DNA of 64,000 nucleotides from the NCBI GenBank assembly GCA_041649675.1, contig JBAZMQ010000007.1, positions 2,948 through 66,947 on the forward strand, written 5' to 3'. Below are positions 42,223 through 50,720 of the stretch, piece by piece. How positions within the stretch are numbered: the first letter of the stretch is position 1; every line of letters begins with the position of its first letter. Both the position numbers and the translations under genes were made by a program. The notes beneath the pieces are model-generated. The model had not been told where the DNA came from. It worked only from the letters and a program-made list of their open reading frames with translations, and did no database searches. This stretch comes from Patescibacteria group bacterium. GTDB lineage: Bacteria > Patescibacteriota > Patescibacteriia > Buchananbacterales > UBA6539.

Positions 42223-42307
42223 GTCATTCTGAAGGAGCGAAGCGACTCAAGAATCTCCAACGCCCGAGATTCTTTGCGCTCAGTATTTGCCTGGAGCTCA
42301 GAATGAC
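42223..42307. repeat. GTCATTCTGA..TCAGAATGAC element (copy 3)
   Basis: Terminal inverted repeat, inner AGAATCTC/GAGATTCT; shares flanks with 47083-47165. Confidence 0.85.
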
Positions 42308-42315
42308 AATAGAAA

Positions 42316-45300
42316 CTAAAGCGCGCGAAACTCACAAATATTCTTGAAATCGCACCAAGCGCAAAGTTTGCTGGGTTTGGGCGGAAACTTGCCTTTTTTA
42401 ATTTCATTAATTGTGCAAATAATTTTTTGTTCCAGTTTCTCCAATTCTTTGTCTGTGCCTAAAAAGGAAACTTTGTTGCCGGTTTCAATATAATAAAAAG
42501 AAAGCAGTTTTACTTTTTCGGCCAAAACTTGTTGGGCGGCTAATTGATAAATTAACAACTGTTCCTTGTCTTCGGCCACAAAAGTCTCTTGAGTTTTTCC
42601 CTGGCCGGTTTTATAATCAATAATTTCAATTCCCCCAGCCAAAACATCAATACGATCAATCACGCCCTTAATGGTATATTCTTCGCCGCCAGTTGTAATT
42701 TTCAAATTAAACGGCCGCTCCAAATATTTTGGCACAGGCAAATCATTAGCAATAGTTTTGTAATACTCAACCAAGGCTTTTTTGCCTTTTTGTTTGTATT
42801 CATCTTGCTCCTGGCGGCTGGTATACCAATCATCAATCCAGGCTTTCTCATAGATTGCCAACAGTTCATCCAAAGTTACAATAGACTTCTGTTTTCTGTT
42901 TTCTGTTTTCTGTTTTCTGTTTTCATTACCAAACAAATCAACTTGAACCGCTTCTGCCCGCTGCTTAACTAAATCAAAAAATTGTTGCAAAGTCGCATGA
43001 ACAGTTTTACCAAAAGAAAAAACCGCTTTACCGCGAACCGGCACCCGTAAAATATGGGCAAAGCGATACTGGTAAGGACAGGACTCAAAAGCTTTCAGCT
43101 GGGTAAAGGAAAAACGCTTGGGTACCATGATTTCCAGATCCGAATTATCAATTTCCAAACCAATTTCTTTGATTTGTTCGTCCAGTAATCCCCGGCCTTT
43201 AACTTCCTTTTTATCTTCCGCGATGGCCAAACCAATTCCTTTGAGCTCCTGCAAAAAACAAGATAACTTTTTGGTTCTGGCGCCGCCGCAGTCCGAAGCC
43301 GAGGTAAAAAACAAACCAATTTTAGCCCGCGTCATGGCCACATAAAATAAACGGCGTTCTTCCTGCAAATGGACATTGCCTTCTGGCAAAATTTCTTTGA
43401 CCAATTTATCCGGTAATTGAATCGGATCTTTGCGGTCGTCGGTAGGAAAACGCCGATCAACTAAATTAACAATAAAAACATATTTAAATTCCAAACCTTT
43501 GGCCGCATGAACGGTCATAATCTTTACACTGTCGGGGCCTTGGTCAAAATTGTTTTCCAAAGCACCCGCTTCGCCGGCCTCTAACTCCAATTCAATCAAA
43601 GCCAAAAAGTTCTTTGCCGACTTATCGTCATTGGCATTTTCAAACTCGGTAATCTTTTTGTAAAATTGATTTAAATAGCTTACCGCCTGCTGACTAGCAG
43701 TACTATCCTGGCGGGTTAATGATTTTAGATAGCCAGTATCTTCCAAAAAAGCTACCACTACCTGACCAACTGAACCTTGGGCGGCTAAACGGCTGTGTTT
43801 TTCAATCAAATCAACAATGTATTTCATTTTTTCCTTGGTAGCTAAATCAACATTCTGCCAAGCGGAAATATATTGCAAAGTTTGATACAGAGAGTAGCCT
43901 TTGCGGCCGGCCCAGTAATTTAGATTAGTCAAATCACGAGTTTGCAAACCAAAAAATGGCAAATTCAAAATTCGATACATAGCCGTACTCTCGTGATAAT
44001 TATCCAGCAATTTTAAGTAAGCAATGATGTCTAAAATTACCGGCTTGCTGTAAAGCCCGCGCGAAGCCATAAATTGGTAAGGAATTTGGGTTTGAGCAAT
44101 GGCAGTGACAAAAAAGTTAGCCGCGTCGTTAGTCCGGGTTAAAATCGCAAAATCATTCCAGACTAATTTTTTATCCTTTTCCTTCAAATCTACAATCTGT
44201 TTGAGCACGGCTCGGACTTCGTCGTCAATATTGGCAAAATGCCAATGAGCAATCATTGCTTTTTCCTTGTTTTCAGCAATTAACTTTTTGGTCAGTTGGC
44301 TACCCTTACCGTTTTTAACTTTTGCCAATTTGACTTCTAACCGGTCAGGATTATTTTGTTGGATAAATTTATAAGATAAATCCAAAATATTTTGGGCCGA
44401 GCGGTAATTTTTGGTTAAAAATATTTCTTTGGCCTGAGGGTAATCTTTTTTGAATTCCAAAATATTGGAAACCGAAGCGCCGCGGAATTTATAAATTGAC
44501 TGATCATCATCACCCACGACGGTAACATTATTTTTGGGTGCGGCTAAAAGTTTTACCATCTCATACTGAGCGTAATTGGTATCCTGAAACTCATCAACCA
44601 AAATATATTTGAACTTTTGCCGGTACTGGGTCAAAACCGCCGGCCGCTTTTTAAAAAGCTGCAAACAATAATTAATCAAATCACCAAAATCCAAAGCGTT
44701 ATTTTCCAAAAGTAACTGCTGATAAACATGGTAAGCGTCAGCCACCTCTTGCGCTTTTTTAATTTCCGAAGCGACCAACTCTTTTTTTTCTTTTTTGGTC
44801 AGCGATTTAATAGTTTGAGGATCTAAAAAATCTTTAATAAAATCAGTTGAATCGGAATTGAGTTTTAAATCCTGAACATATTTTAAATAATCTTGGGGCG
44901 TAACCGCTTCATCTTTGGCGCGGGAAAATAATTTAATTAAAGCATGAATAAATTTAGTCGGGTTGCCCATTGGCCGGTAATAATCCAAATTAAACCGGTC
45001 TAAATTCTGGCGAACCAGCAGCCACTGCTGGGTTTGATTTAATAATTTAAAATCATTGGGCAAGCCAATTTCCAAAGCGTTTTCTTTCAAAATCTTTTCG
45101 GCAAAAGCGTGAAAAGTAAAGATCCATAAATCCAAATAACCATAAGGTAAAAGTTTATCCACCCGCTCTTCCATTTCACCGGCAGCTTTTTCGGTAAAAG
45201 TCAGGGCTAAAATTTGATCACCCGTGGCTTTCTTTTGCTCAATTAGCCAGCCCAAACGCTGGGTAATTACTGTGGTTTTGCCAGTCCCGGCACCAGCTAC

Positions 45301-45375
45301 AATCAAAAGCGGGCCGCCATCGTGACTGACTGCCTTTCTTTGTTCCTCGTTAAGAGTTTTAAGATTGATCTCCAT
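42316..45375 (-). CDS. UvrD/PcrA-like SF1 helicase fused to C-terminal PD-(D/E)XK nuclease with 4-Cys motif (AdnA/B-like)
   Basis: AGAGTGKT, VDEFQDTN, VGDDDQSIYKFRGA, TVHAAKGLEF, EERRLFYVAMTRA; CPYQY, GVIDRID, IIDYKTG, CAWCDFKNIC. Confidence 0.93.
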   Translation of the reverse strand: MEINLKTLNEEQRKAVSHDGGPLLIVAGAGTGKTTVITQRLGWLIEQKKATGDQILALTFTEKAAGEMEERVDKLLPYGYLDLWIFTFHAFAEKILKENALEIGLPNDFKLLNQTQQWLLVRQNLDRFNLDYYRPMGNPTKFIHALIKLFSRAKDEAVTPQDYLKYVQDLKLNSDSTDFIKDFLDPQTIKSLTKKEKKELVASEIKKAQEVADAYHVYQQLLLENNALDFGDLINYCLQLFKKRPAVLTQYRQKFKYILVDEFQDTNYAQYEMVKLLAAPKNNVTVVGDDDQSIYKFRGASVSNILEFKKDYPQAKEIFLTKNYRSAQNILDLSYKFIQQNNPDRLEVKLAKVKNGKGSQLTKKLIAENKEKAMIAHWHFANIDDEVRAVLKQIVDLKEKDKKLVWNDFAILTRTNDAANFFVTAIAQTQIPYQFMASRGLYSKPVILDIIAYLKLLDNYHESTAMYRILNLPFFGLQTRDLTNLNYWAGRKGYSLYQTLQYISAWQNVDLATKEKMKYIVDLIEKHSRLAAQGSVGQVVVAFLEDTGYLKSLTRQDSTASQQAVSYLNQFYKKITEFENANDDKSAKNFLALIELELEAGEAGALENNFDQGPDSVKIMTVHAAKGLEFKYVFIVNLVDRRFPTDDRKDPIQLPDKLVKEILPEGNVHLQEERRLFYVAMTRAKIGLFFTSASDCGGARTKKLSCFLQELKGIGLAIAEDKKEVKGRGLLDEQIKEIGLEIDNSDLEIMVPKRFSFTQLKAFESCPYQYRFAHILRVPVRGKAVFSFGKTVHATLQQFFDLVKQRAEAVQVDLFGNENRKQKTENRKQKSIVTLDELLAIYEKAWIDDWYTSRQEQDEYKQKGKKALVEYYKTIANDLPVPKYLERPFNLKITTGGEEYTIKGVIDRIDVLAGGIEIIDYKTGQGKTQETFVAEDKEQLLIYQLAAQQVLAEKVKLLSFYYIETGNKVSFLGTDKELEKLEQKIICTINEIKKGKFPPKPSKLCAWCDFKNICEFRAL
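42888..42922. repeat. Perfect (TCTGTTT)5 inside the helicase-nuclease CDS
   Basis: Encodes ENRKQKTENRKQK on the minus strand. Confidence 0.9.
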
Positions 45376-45429
45376 GCTCTTATTTTAACATAATGGCTGG
45401 ATAAAAAAAGACCGCCTTGAAATTTTGGT

Positions 45430-45645
45430 TCAAAGCGGAAATTGGTTCCGGGAATAGATAAAAGAACTTGGCTGAATTTCAACCCGATGCAAAACGGCAT
45501 TAAGCTGACGAGGCAAGGCAACTAAAAGTTGCCAAGCTGCTTCATTGACTTGCCGATCAAGGCGCCAGTCAACCCTGGCTTTGGGTGCAAACGATAAAAT
45601 TACTGAGACCAGCAAAGCAAGCAGAATTCTTTTTGTTCTCTTCAT
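45430..45645 (-). CDS. Small protein with signal-peptide-like N-terminus, orphan unit
   Basis: GGAGGAAGG RBS; promoter at 45686-45714; terminator at about 45403-45438. Confidence 0.55.
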   Translation of the reverse strand: MKRTKRILLALLVSVILSFAPKARVDWRLDRQVNEAAWQLLVALPRQLNAVLHRVEIQPSSFIYSRNQFPL

Positions 45646-45685
45646 TTAACCTTCCTCCATTTTAAAAACCACCTTGCTTCACCTC

Positions 45686-45714
45686 AGCTTAAATAACATC
45701 AACGGTAAAGTCAA
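45686..45714 (-). promoter_or_regulatory. Promoter TTGACT-17-TAAGCT
   Basis: Upstream of ORF 45645. Confidence 0.6.
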
Positions 45715-45759
45715 GCTAAAAAAATAACCCATTAAAATTCACTGGGAATTATAAACGGG

Positions 45760-46857
45760 TTATACGTCAATGTTCACGGCCATGTTGCTTTTGGCCGAAG
45801 TATAGGCGGCATCAATGATTTTCATTAACATCAGTGCCTCTTCGGGTTTGGTTAAGGGCTCTGCCTGGCCTGAAATGGCTTGGACAAAATTCATCGCTGC
45901 CAATTCCCGGCCCATCTTTGGGTCAACATCAATGACCGGCTGGGCTACCACCTGGCTGCCGTTGTCGTTGCTAAAAATCTGGTAGCTGTCGTGGGCAGTC
46001 GAATCAATACCGTCTTTTCCCCATACTCGGGAAATGTTGGCGCCGCCCCTTGAGCCCTGGATAGCCACCTGGAAATATTCCCGCTTAATCCCTTCTGCCC
46101 AGGAAGTCTGGCAGATAAGGCCGCGGCCATCTTCAAAGGTGACCAAGAATTTCAGGCTGCTTTCCACATCAGACTCCCCGTTTCCTTGTACCTCCAAGCC
46201 ATAGTTGCCGATAAAATCCGGTGTCATCATGCTATTGGATTTGAACGCCAGCACGGTCCAGGGTTTAGGATGGCCCATAAACCAAAGTGCCAGGTCCAAA
46301 ATATGCGGCGCCAGATCAATTCCGGCTCCGCCGCCGGAAATTTCCTGGCTGGTAAAGGCGCCACCCAAACCGGGAATGCCGTGCGGCCGGCGCCAGGCAA
46401 CCTCGGCTGATTCGATCAAACCAAAATCGCCTCGTAAAGCACGTCTTTTCAAATCCTGCATATCCGACCGCGCGCGATTGTTCATGACCGGCACCAACAA
46501 AACATTATTTGCCTTGGCCGCATCTATCATGCGCTGAAACTCCTCGGCGTTCATGGCTGGCGGTTTTTCCACGTATACATGTTTTCCGGCCTGCAGACAC
46601 TCAATGGCGATTGGAGCGTGAAAGCAGTTGGGCGTTATGACGCTAACAGCGTCAATATCTTTACCAACTGCAGCCAGCATTTCAGTAACGGAAGAGTAGC
46701 AATACGCTCTATCTACTCCCCATCGGTGTGCCGCATTATACAACCGATTTATGTCGGTATCAACCAGAGCTGTAATCCCAGCCCCGGCGGCAACAAAACC
46801 ATTGCGGTGATAACCTGAAATACCGCCACAACCAACAATACAAATTCTCTTAGCCAT
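45760..46857 (-). CDS. Gfo/Idh/MocA family oxidoreductase
   Basis: Rossmann IVGCGGI, IDAVSVITPNCFH, AGKHVYVEKP, GGGAGIDLAPHILD; AAGGGAG RBS before ATG 46857. Confidence 0.93.
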   Translation of the reverse strand: MAKRICIVGCGGISGYHRNGFVAAGAGITALVDTDINRLYNAAHRWGVDRAYCYSSVTEMLAAVGKDIDAVSVITPNCFHAPIAIECLQAGKHVYVEKPPAMNAEEFQRMIDAAKANNVLLVPVMNNRARSDMQDLKRRALRGDFGLIESAEVAWRRPHGIPGLGGAFTSQEISGGGAGIDLAPHILDLALWFMGHPKPWTVLAFKSNSMMTPDFIGNYGLEVQGNGESDVESSLKFLVTFEDGRGLICQTSWAEGIKREYFQVAIQGSRGGANISRVWGKDGIDSTAHDSYQIFSNDNGSQVVAQPVIDVDPKMGRELAAMNFVQAISGQAEPLTKPEEALMLMKIIDAAYTSAKSNMAVNIDV

Positions 46858-47040
46858 ACACAATTCTCCCTTAAATTTGTCCGAGGCAAACCTCGGAGGT
46901 TTCTTTAACCAAACTGATCTTTCTTCCTTCACCGATTTAATTTAAAGGTTTTTATCTCCTTTCCTTAGATTAACCGATTTTTCAATTAAATCATAAACTT
47001 ATTATGAATGGAATGTGCACCCCCTCCTAAAACTGCCTAC

Positions 47041-47069
47041 ACCTTACTGATTATTTACCAAAAAGTCAA
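47041..47069 (-). promoter_or_regulatory. Promoter TTGACT-17-TAAGGT (copy 1 of an identical 29-mer)
   Basis: ACCTTACTGATTATTTACCAAAAAGTCAA, identical to 49049-49077. Confidence 0.75.
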
Positions 47070-47082
47070 GGATAAACCAACT

Positions 47083-47165
47083 GTCATTCTGAGCTTCAGG
47101 CAGGGATTAAATCTCAAACATTTGAGATTCTTCGCGCTAAAATATCGCTTAGAGCTCAGAATGAC
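47083..47165. repeat. GTCATTCTGA..TCAGAATGAC element (copy 4)
   Basis: Terminal inverted repeat, inner AATCTCAAA/TTTGAGATT. Confidence 0.85.
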
Positions 47166-47210
47166 AATAGAAAATATTCGCATGTGCGTATTCGTAACGC
47201 TATTAGAATA

Positions 47211-47258
47211 CAAAAAAACCGCCTTCAGAATTCACTTTTGGTAAATTCCGAAAACGGT
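47211..47258 (-). terminator. Terminator of the CoA-transferase unit
   Basis: Minus strand ACCGTTTTCGGAATT..AATTCTGAAGGCGGT plus T run. Confidence 0.75.
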
Positions 47259-47283
47259 GGAAATAAACTCTCCAAGCTTTGGT

Positions 47284-48972
47284 TTATGCTTCCAGGTTAA
47301 GCTGAAAACATTGCCCAGTCACAACTGTCTGAGGCAAAACTTCAACGTCTTGCCCGATTATGATGGGGAAAGGCAAAACCGCCCTGATGCGTTCAATGGT
47401 CCAGTCTGGCATCCGGGCAATCAACTTCAGCCCATTCTCGGTGAGCTCAAGTGCGCCAAAGTCGGTTACGTAGAAAACCCGCTTACCGGCTCTCAAGGCT
47501 TCATCGGCATTAAACGTGACTTCCATGACTTTTTCAACAAAACGGACGGCACCGTTTTTTTCGTTGTGCAAACGCATAACGAAAAATAAATTTCTGGCAC
47601 CGTGCATTATTGTCATGGCTCCGCCCGGTCCGACAAACTGGCTCACCAGCTTGCCAAAGCGCGACAAGTTCACGTTGCCCTTCTGGTCAATTTCCAGTGC
47701 TCCCAGCACGGCAAAGGCAATGCCTTTCATGAAATCAGCAAACACTTCCCAGGACTCATACATTTTAGTCGGGCCAATCATGCCACCAAAAAACGGTCCG
47801 GGCGCTGGCGTACCGCCTTCAGGTCCGCTCTCAATCTTGATTTTGAGATTTGCCGTCAAACCGGCCCGCCGCATCCAATAAGCCACTACCTCGGCCAAAC
47901 CCACGCCGATATTGCCGTCGTCGCCGATCTTTAAAATTTTGGACATCAGATAGACAACGATCCGAGCGACTACATTGTCTTTGAGCGTGCGTCTGGGAGT
48001 CAGCTTGGCAATCTGGCAAATCCATTTAATAACCTCAAGCGCCCGCCGGGAATTAACGCCGCTATTGGGAATCAAAGCCCAAAACGGATGCCGCTGACTA
48101 TAAAAAAATGCTTGCGGTGTTTCAGGCCGGATAACAACGTAATCAACCAAATGCCCTGGAATATAAATATCTTCAGAGGCAAGTTCGTCTACGTAATAAG
48201 CAGCCTGAACAATAACAATCCCGGGTTTTGGGTTTCCAACTTTTACTGCCATAACAGCGGCAAATTTTTCACCATACAGGGCGCATCTTTTAACCGAGAC
48301 ATTGCCGTGCTTATCAGCCGTAGTAGCATTAATGATTGCAACGTTTGGCCATGGACAAGTGTAGCAAAGCTGATTGCCGTCAGGAGTTACTGTCACGAAT
48401 TGTTCGGTGGTATTACCACCAAGCCTGGTTCCTGGCCCCAGCCGCGGATCCATAAACGTCTTTAGCCCAACTTTGGTTAAAAATTGATCCATTCCTTTCA
48501 TCAGGGCAGCAAAAAGTTGAGAAAATTCACCTTGCGGAATACAAAACATTTTGATCCGCCCTTGATCCGCTGCCTGCCTGGCGCGATAAAAGGTTTCGTG
48601 ATGGCCAGTAATCCACATGCTTACCAAGCCAGGAAACTCAGCCCACCGGTCAATTGACCAAAATCCCCGATTCCGGTCACCCTGACCAGCGATTGGCTCA
48701 ACCACTAAACCTTGGGGCTCGCCAACTCGTTTAAATGACACGACAACGGCTTTAAAAATAGCCGAGCACCAGCCAGTAATGCCTAAATCGGAAGCGACAA
48801 CAACGCTACCCGACTTAATTTTTTGGGCCGCTTCGGCCGCGGAAATAAATTTAGGGTTATTGGGTGGCCCATAATTTTTTTCCAGCCGACGGGGTTCAGA
48901 TCCCCAATACTTCCAGTACAGTAGGCGCAAAACTGCCCACACAATCGCAAAAAAATCACCGATTCGCTCCAT
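47284..48972 (-). CDS. Family I acyl-CoA transferase (YdiF/propionate CoA-transferase type), divergent
   Basis: ISAAEAAQKIKSG, TKVGLKTFMDPR, ATTADKHGNVS, IPGHLVDYVV, NIGVG, ESG with catalytic Glu, EIDQKGNVN, YVTDFGALEL. Confidence 0.85.
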   Translation of the reverse strand: MERIGDFFAIVWAVLRLLYWKYWGSEPRRLEKNYGPPNNPKFISAAEAAQKIKSGSVVVASDLGITGWCSAIFKAVVVSFKRVGEPQGLVVEPIAGQGDRNRGFWSIDRWAEFPGLVSMWITGHHETFYRARQAADQGRIKMFCIPQGEFSQLFAALMKGMDQFLTKVGLKTFMDPRLGPGTRLGGNTTEQFVTVTPDGNQLCYTCPWPNVAIINATTADKHGNVSVKRCALYGEKFAAVMAVKVGNPKPGIVIVQAAYYVDELASEDIYIPGHLVDYVVIRPETPQAFFYSQRHPFWALIPNSGVNSRRALEVIKWICQIAKLTPRRTLKDNVVARIVVYLMSKILKIGDDGNIGVGLAEVVAYWMRRAGLTANLKIKIESGPEGGTPAPGPFFGGMIGPTKMYESWEVFADFMKGIAFAVLGALEIDQKGNVNLSRFGKLVSQFVGPGGAMTIMHGARNLFFVMRLHNEKNGAVRFVEKVMEVTFNADEALRAGKRVFYVTDFGALELTENGLKLIARMPDWTIERIRAVLPFPIIIGQDVEVLPQTVVTGQCFQLNLEA

Positions 48973-49048
48973 AGCCTGTTCTCCTTATAAGGTTAAACGG
49001 ATTTTATCTGTCTCAAATTTGAAGGAACATCCTCCTAAACTCTTTAAT

Positions 49049-49077
49049 ACCTTACTGATTATTTACCAAAAAGTCAA
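49049..49077 (-). promoter_or_regulatory. Promoter TTGACT-17-TAAGGT (copy 2)
   Basis: Identical to 47041-47069. Confidence 0.75.
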
Positions 49078-49214
49078 TGATTCAACGTATCATTGCGAGG
49101 AATTCCAATTATATTAGGACTCACAATAACAAACAAAAAATCCTCTGGTTTGAGGATAGATTCAACTGCCCAAATTTTACTTTGGCTGGTTATATTCTAT
49201 TTTTTTTATTCTTC

Positions 49215-49334
49215 TTAATAGCAGCACTCACCAGCTGGCTTGCCTGACCCACAGTCACATGGCTCAGCTGCGCCGCAGCATTCACCATATGGTTTGCCCG
49301 AACCACAGGGGCAATCATCATCTAAATGTGGCAT
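49215..49334 (-). CDS. 39-aa microprotein with two tandem SEC-C metal-binding motifs
   Basis: Hand translation MPHLDDDCPCGSGKPYGECCGAAEPCDCGSGKPAGECCY*; not in the ORF track; 11 bp after the tatD stop. Confidence 0.8.
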   Translation of the reverse strand: MPHLDDDCPCGSGKPYGECCGAAEPCDCGSGKPAGECCY

Positions 49335-49345
49335 ATTTGCCTTGA

Positions 49346-50161
49346 TTAGATATTAAATAAATTAAGGGCGTTTTTGAAGGTTTGCTCTTCAATTTTATTA
49401 TACTCAGTCTCTCTAATTTCAGCAATTTTTTGAGCCACATATTTAACGTATTGCGGCACATTGCGCTGACCGCGGAAAGGAACAGGGGCTAGCCACGGAC
49501 AGTCAGTCTCAATCAGAACTGCTTCTAAAGGCAGGCTCTTAATCACTTCAGCCAAGACTTGGGTTTTAGGAAAAGTAATAATGCCGGTAAAACCAACAAA
49601 AAATCCCTGCTGCCAAAAAGCCAGGGCTTGCTTAACTGTTCCACCAAAGCAATGAATCACCCCCTTGGTCGTATTTTCTTTTTTTAAAATTTTTAGAATT
49701 TCCTCATAAACATCGGTCCTGCCTGCCGGCAGGCAGGCTTGGCCATCTTTGCTGTTTCGGGCATGGACAATTACCGGTAAATCAAATTCTTTAGCCAAAT
49801 GCAAATGTTGGATAAAAACTTTTTTTTGATTATCAAAATTTTTGTCATCATGAAAAAAATCAATTCCCGTTTCACCAATGGCCACCACTTTTTTAGAACT
49901 GGCAATCAAATCTTTATATTCTTTTAGTTCAAAAACTTCGGGGTGAAAACTGCTGCCCGGAGTATGAATCGGATGCAGGGCCACGGCAGCATAAACGCCC
50001 TGGTTGTAATTTTGAGCAATGGCAATTGCCTTTTGGCTGGTGTTTAACTGCGAACCAACATTAATTAAAAAAATATTATTCTTCTGGCAATCCGCAATTA
50101 TTGTTTGCCAATCAACATTAAAATCCTCAAAATTTAAATGGGCGTGGGAATCAAAAAGCAT
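49346..50161 (-). CDS. tatD: TatD family DNase/hydrolase
   Basis: FDSHAHL, AIGETGIDF, GVIHCF, IETDCPWLAP. Confidence 0.96.
   Translation of the reverse strand: MLFDSHAHLNFEDFNVDWQTIIADCQKNNIFLINVGSQLNTSQKAIAIAQNYNQGVYAAVALHPIHTPGSSFHPEVFELKEYKDLIASSKKVVAIGETGIDFFHDDKNFDNQKKVFIQHLHLAKEFDLPVIVHARNSKDGQACLPAGRTDVYEEILKILKKENTTKGVIHCFGGTVKQALAFWQQGFFVGFTGIITFPKTQVLAEVIKSLPLEAVLIETDCPWLAPVPFRGQRNVPQYVKYVAQKIAEIRETEYNKIEEQTFKNALNLFNI
49718..49737. repeat. Perfect 20-bp palindrome CCTGCCTGCCGGCAGGCAGG in frame within tatD
   Basis: Encodes ACLPAGR; GC-rich patch in an AT-rich gene. Confidence 0.85.
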
Positions 50162-50167
50162 AATTTA

Positions 50168-50686
50168 TTAAAATACTGATTTGAGCTGTCGGAGCAACTC
50201 GGGCAAAAGCGGGGTTAGAACGCTAGAAATATCAACCAAAAGAATTGCCACTTTGGAACTAGCCAAAACACTGGCTAGCCAGTCAGAGGCCACAAACCGA
50301 GAAACAAAATATAAAATCAAACCAATGACCAAAATACCTTCCAACAAACCCAGAATTGCTCCCAATAAACGGTTAAGACTTTTGGTAAAAGGGATAAGAG
50401 AAATAATATTAAAAACTTTGTTGATTACCCAAAATATTAAACCGATTAAACGGTTAATAACCGTAAAAATAACGATAAAAGCAATAATTCTGGCGGCATT
50501 GGGATGACCCATCAAAAACGGCGTTAGCCATTGACCAATTGGTTCATAAAAAGCACCGGCAGCCCAAGCACCAATCACGACGCCGATTAAAGCACCAATA
50601 GTTTGGACTAAGCCTAGGGCAAAACCAAAGGCAATGAAAAGGAACAGGACCAAAAGTAAGATGAGATCTAAAATAGTTAGATACAT
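50168..50686 (-). CDS. CvpA family membrane protein
   Basis: LDLILL..GFALGLVQT; LNRLLGAILGLLEG. Confidence 0.88.
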   Translation of the reverse strand: MYLTILDLILLLVLFLFIAFGFALGLVQTIGALIGVVIGAWAAGAFYEPIGQWLTPFLMGHPNAARIIAFIVIFTVINRLIGLIFWVINKVFNIISLIPFTKSLNRLLGAILGLLEGILVIGLILYFVSRFVASDWLASVLASSKVAILLVDISSVLTPLLPELLRQLKSVF

Positions 50687-50720
50687 AAATTTTACTTAGG
50701 TTATTAGATTATATAAGAAA

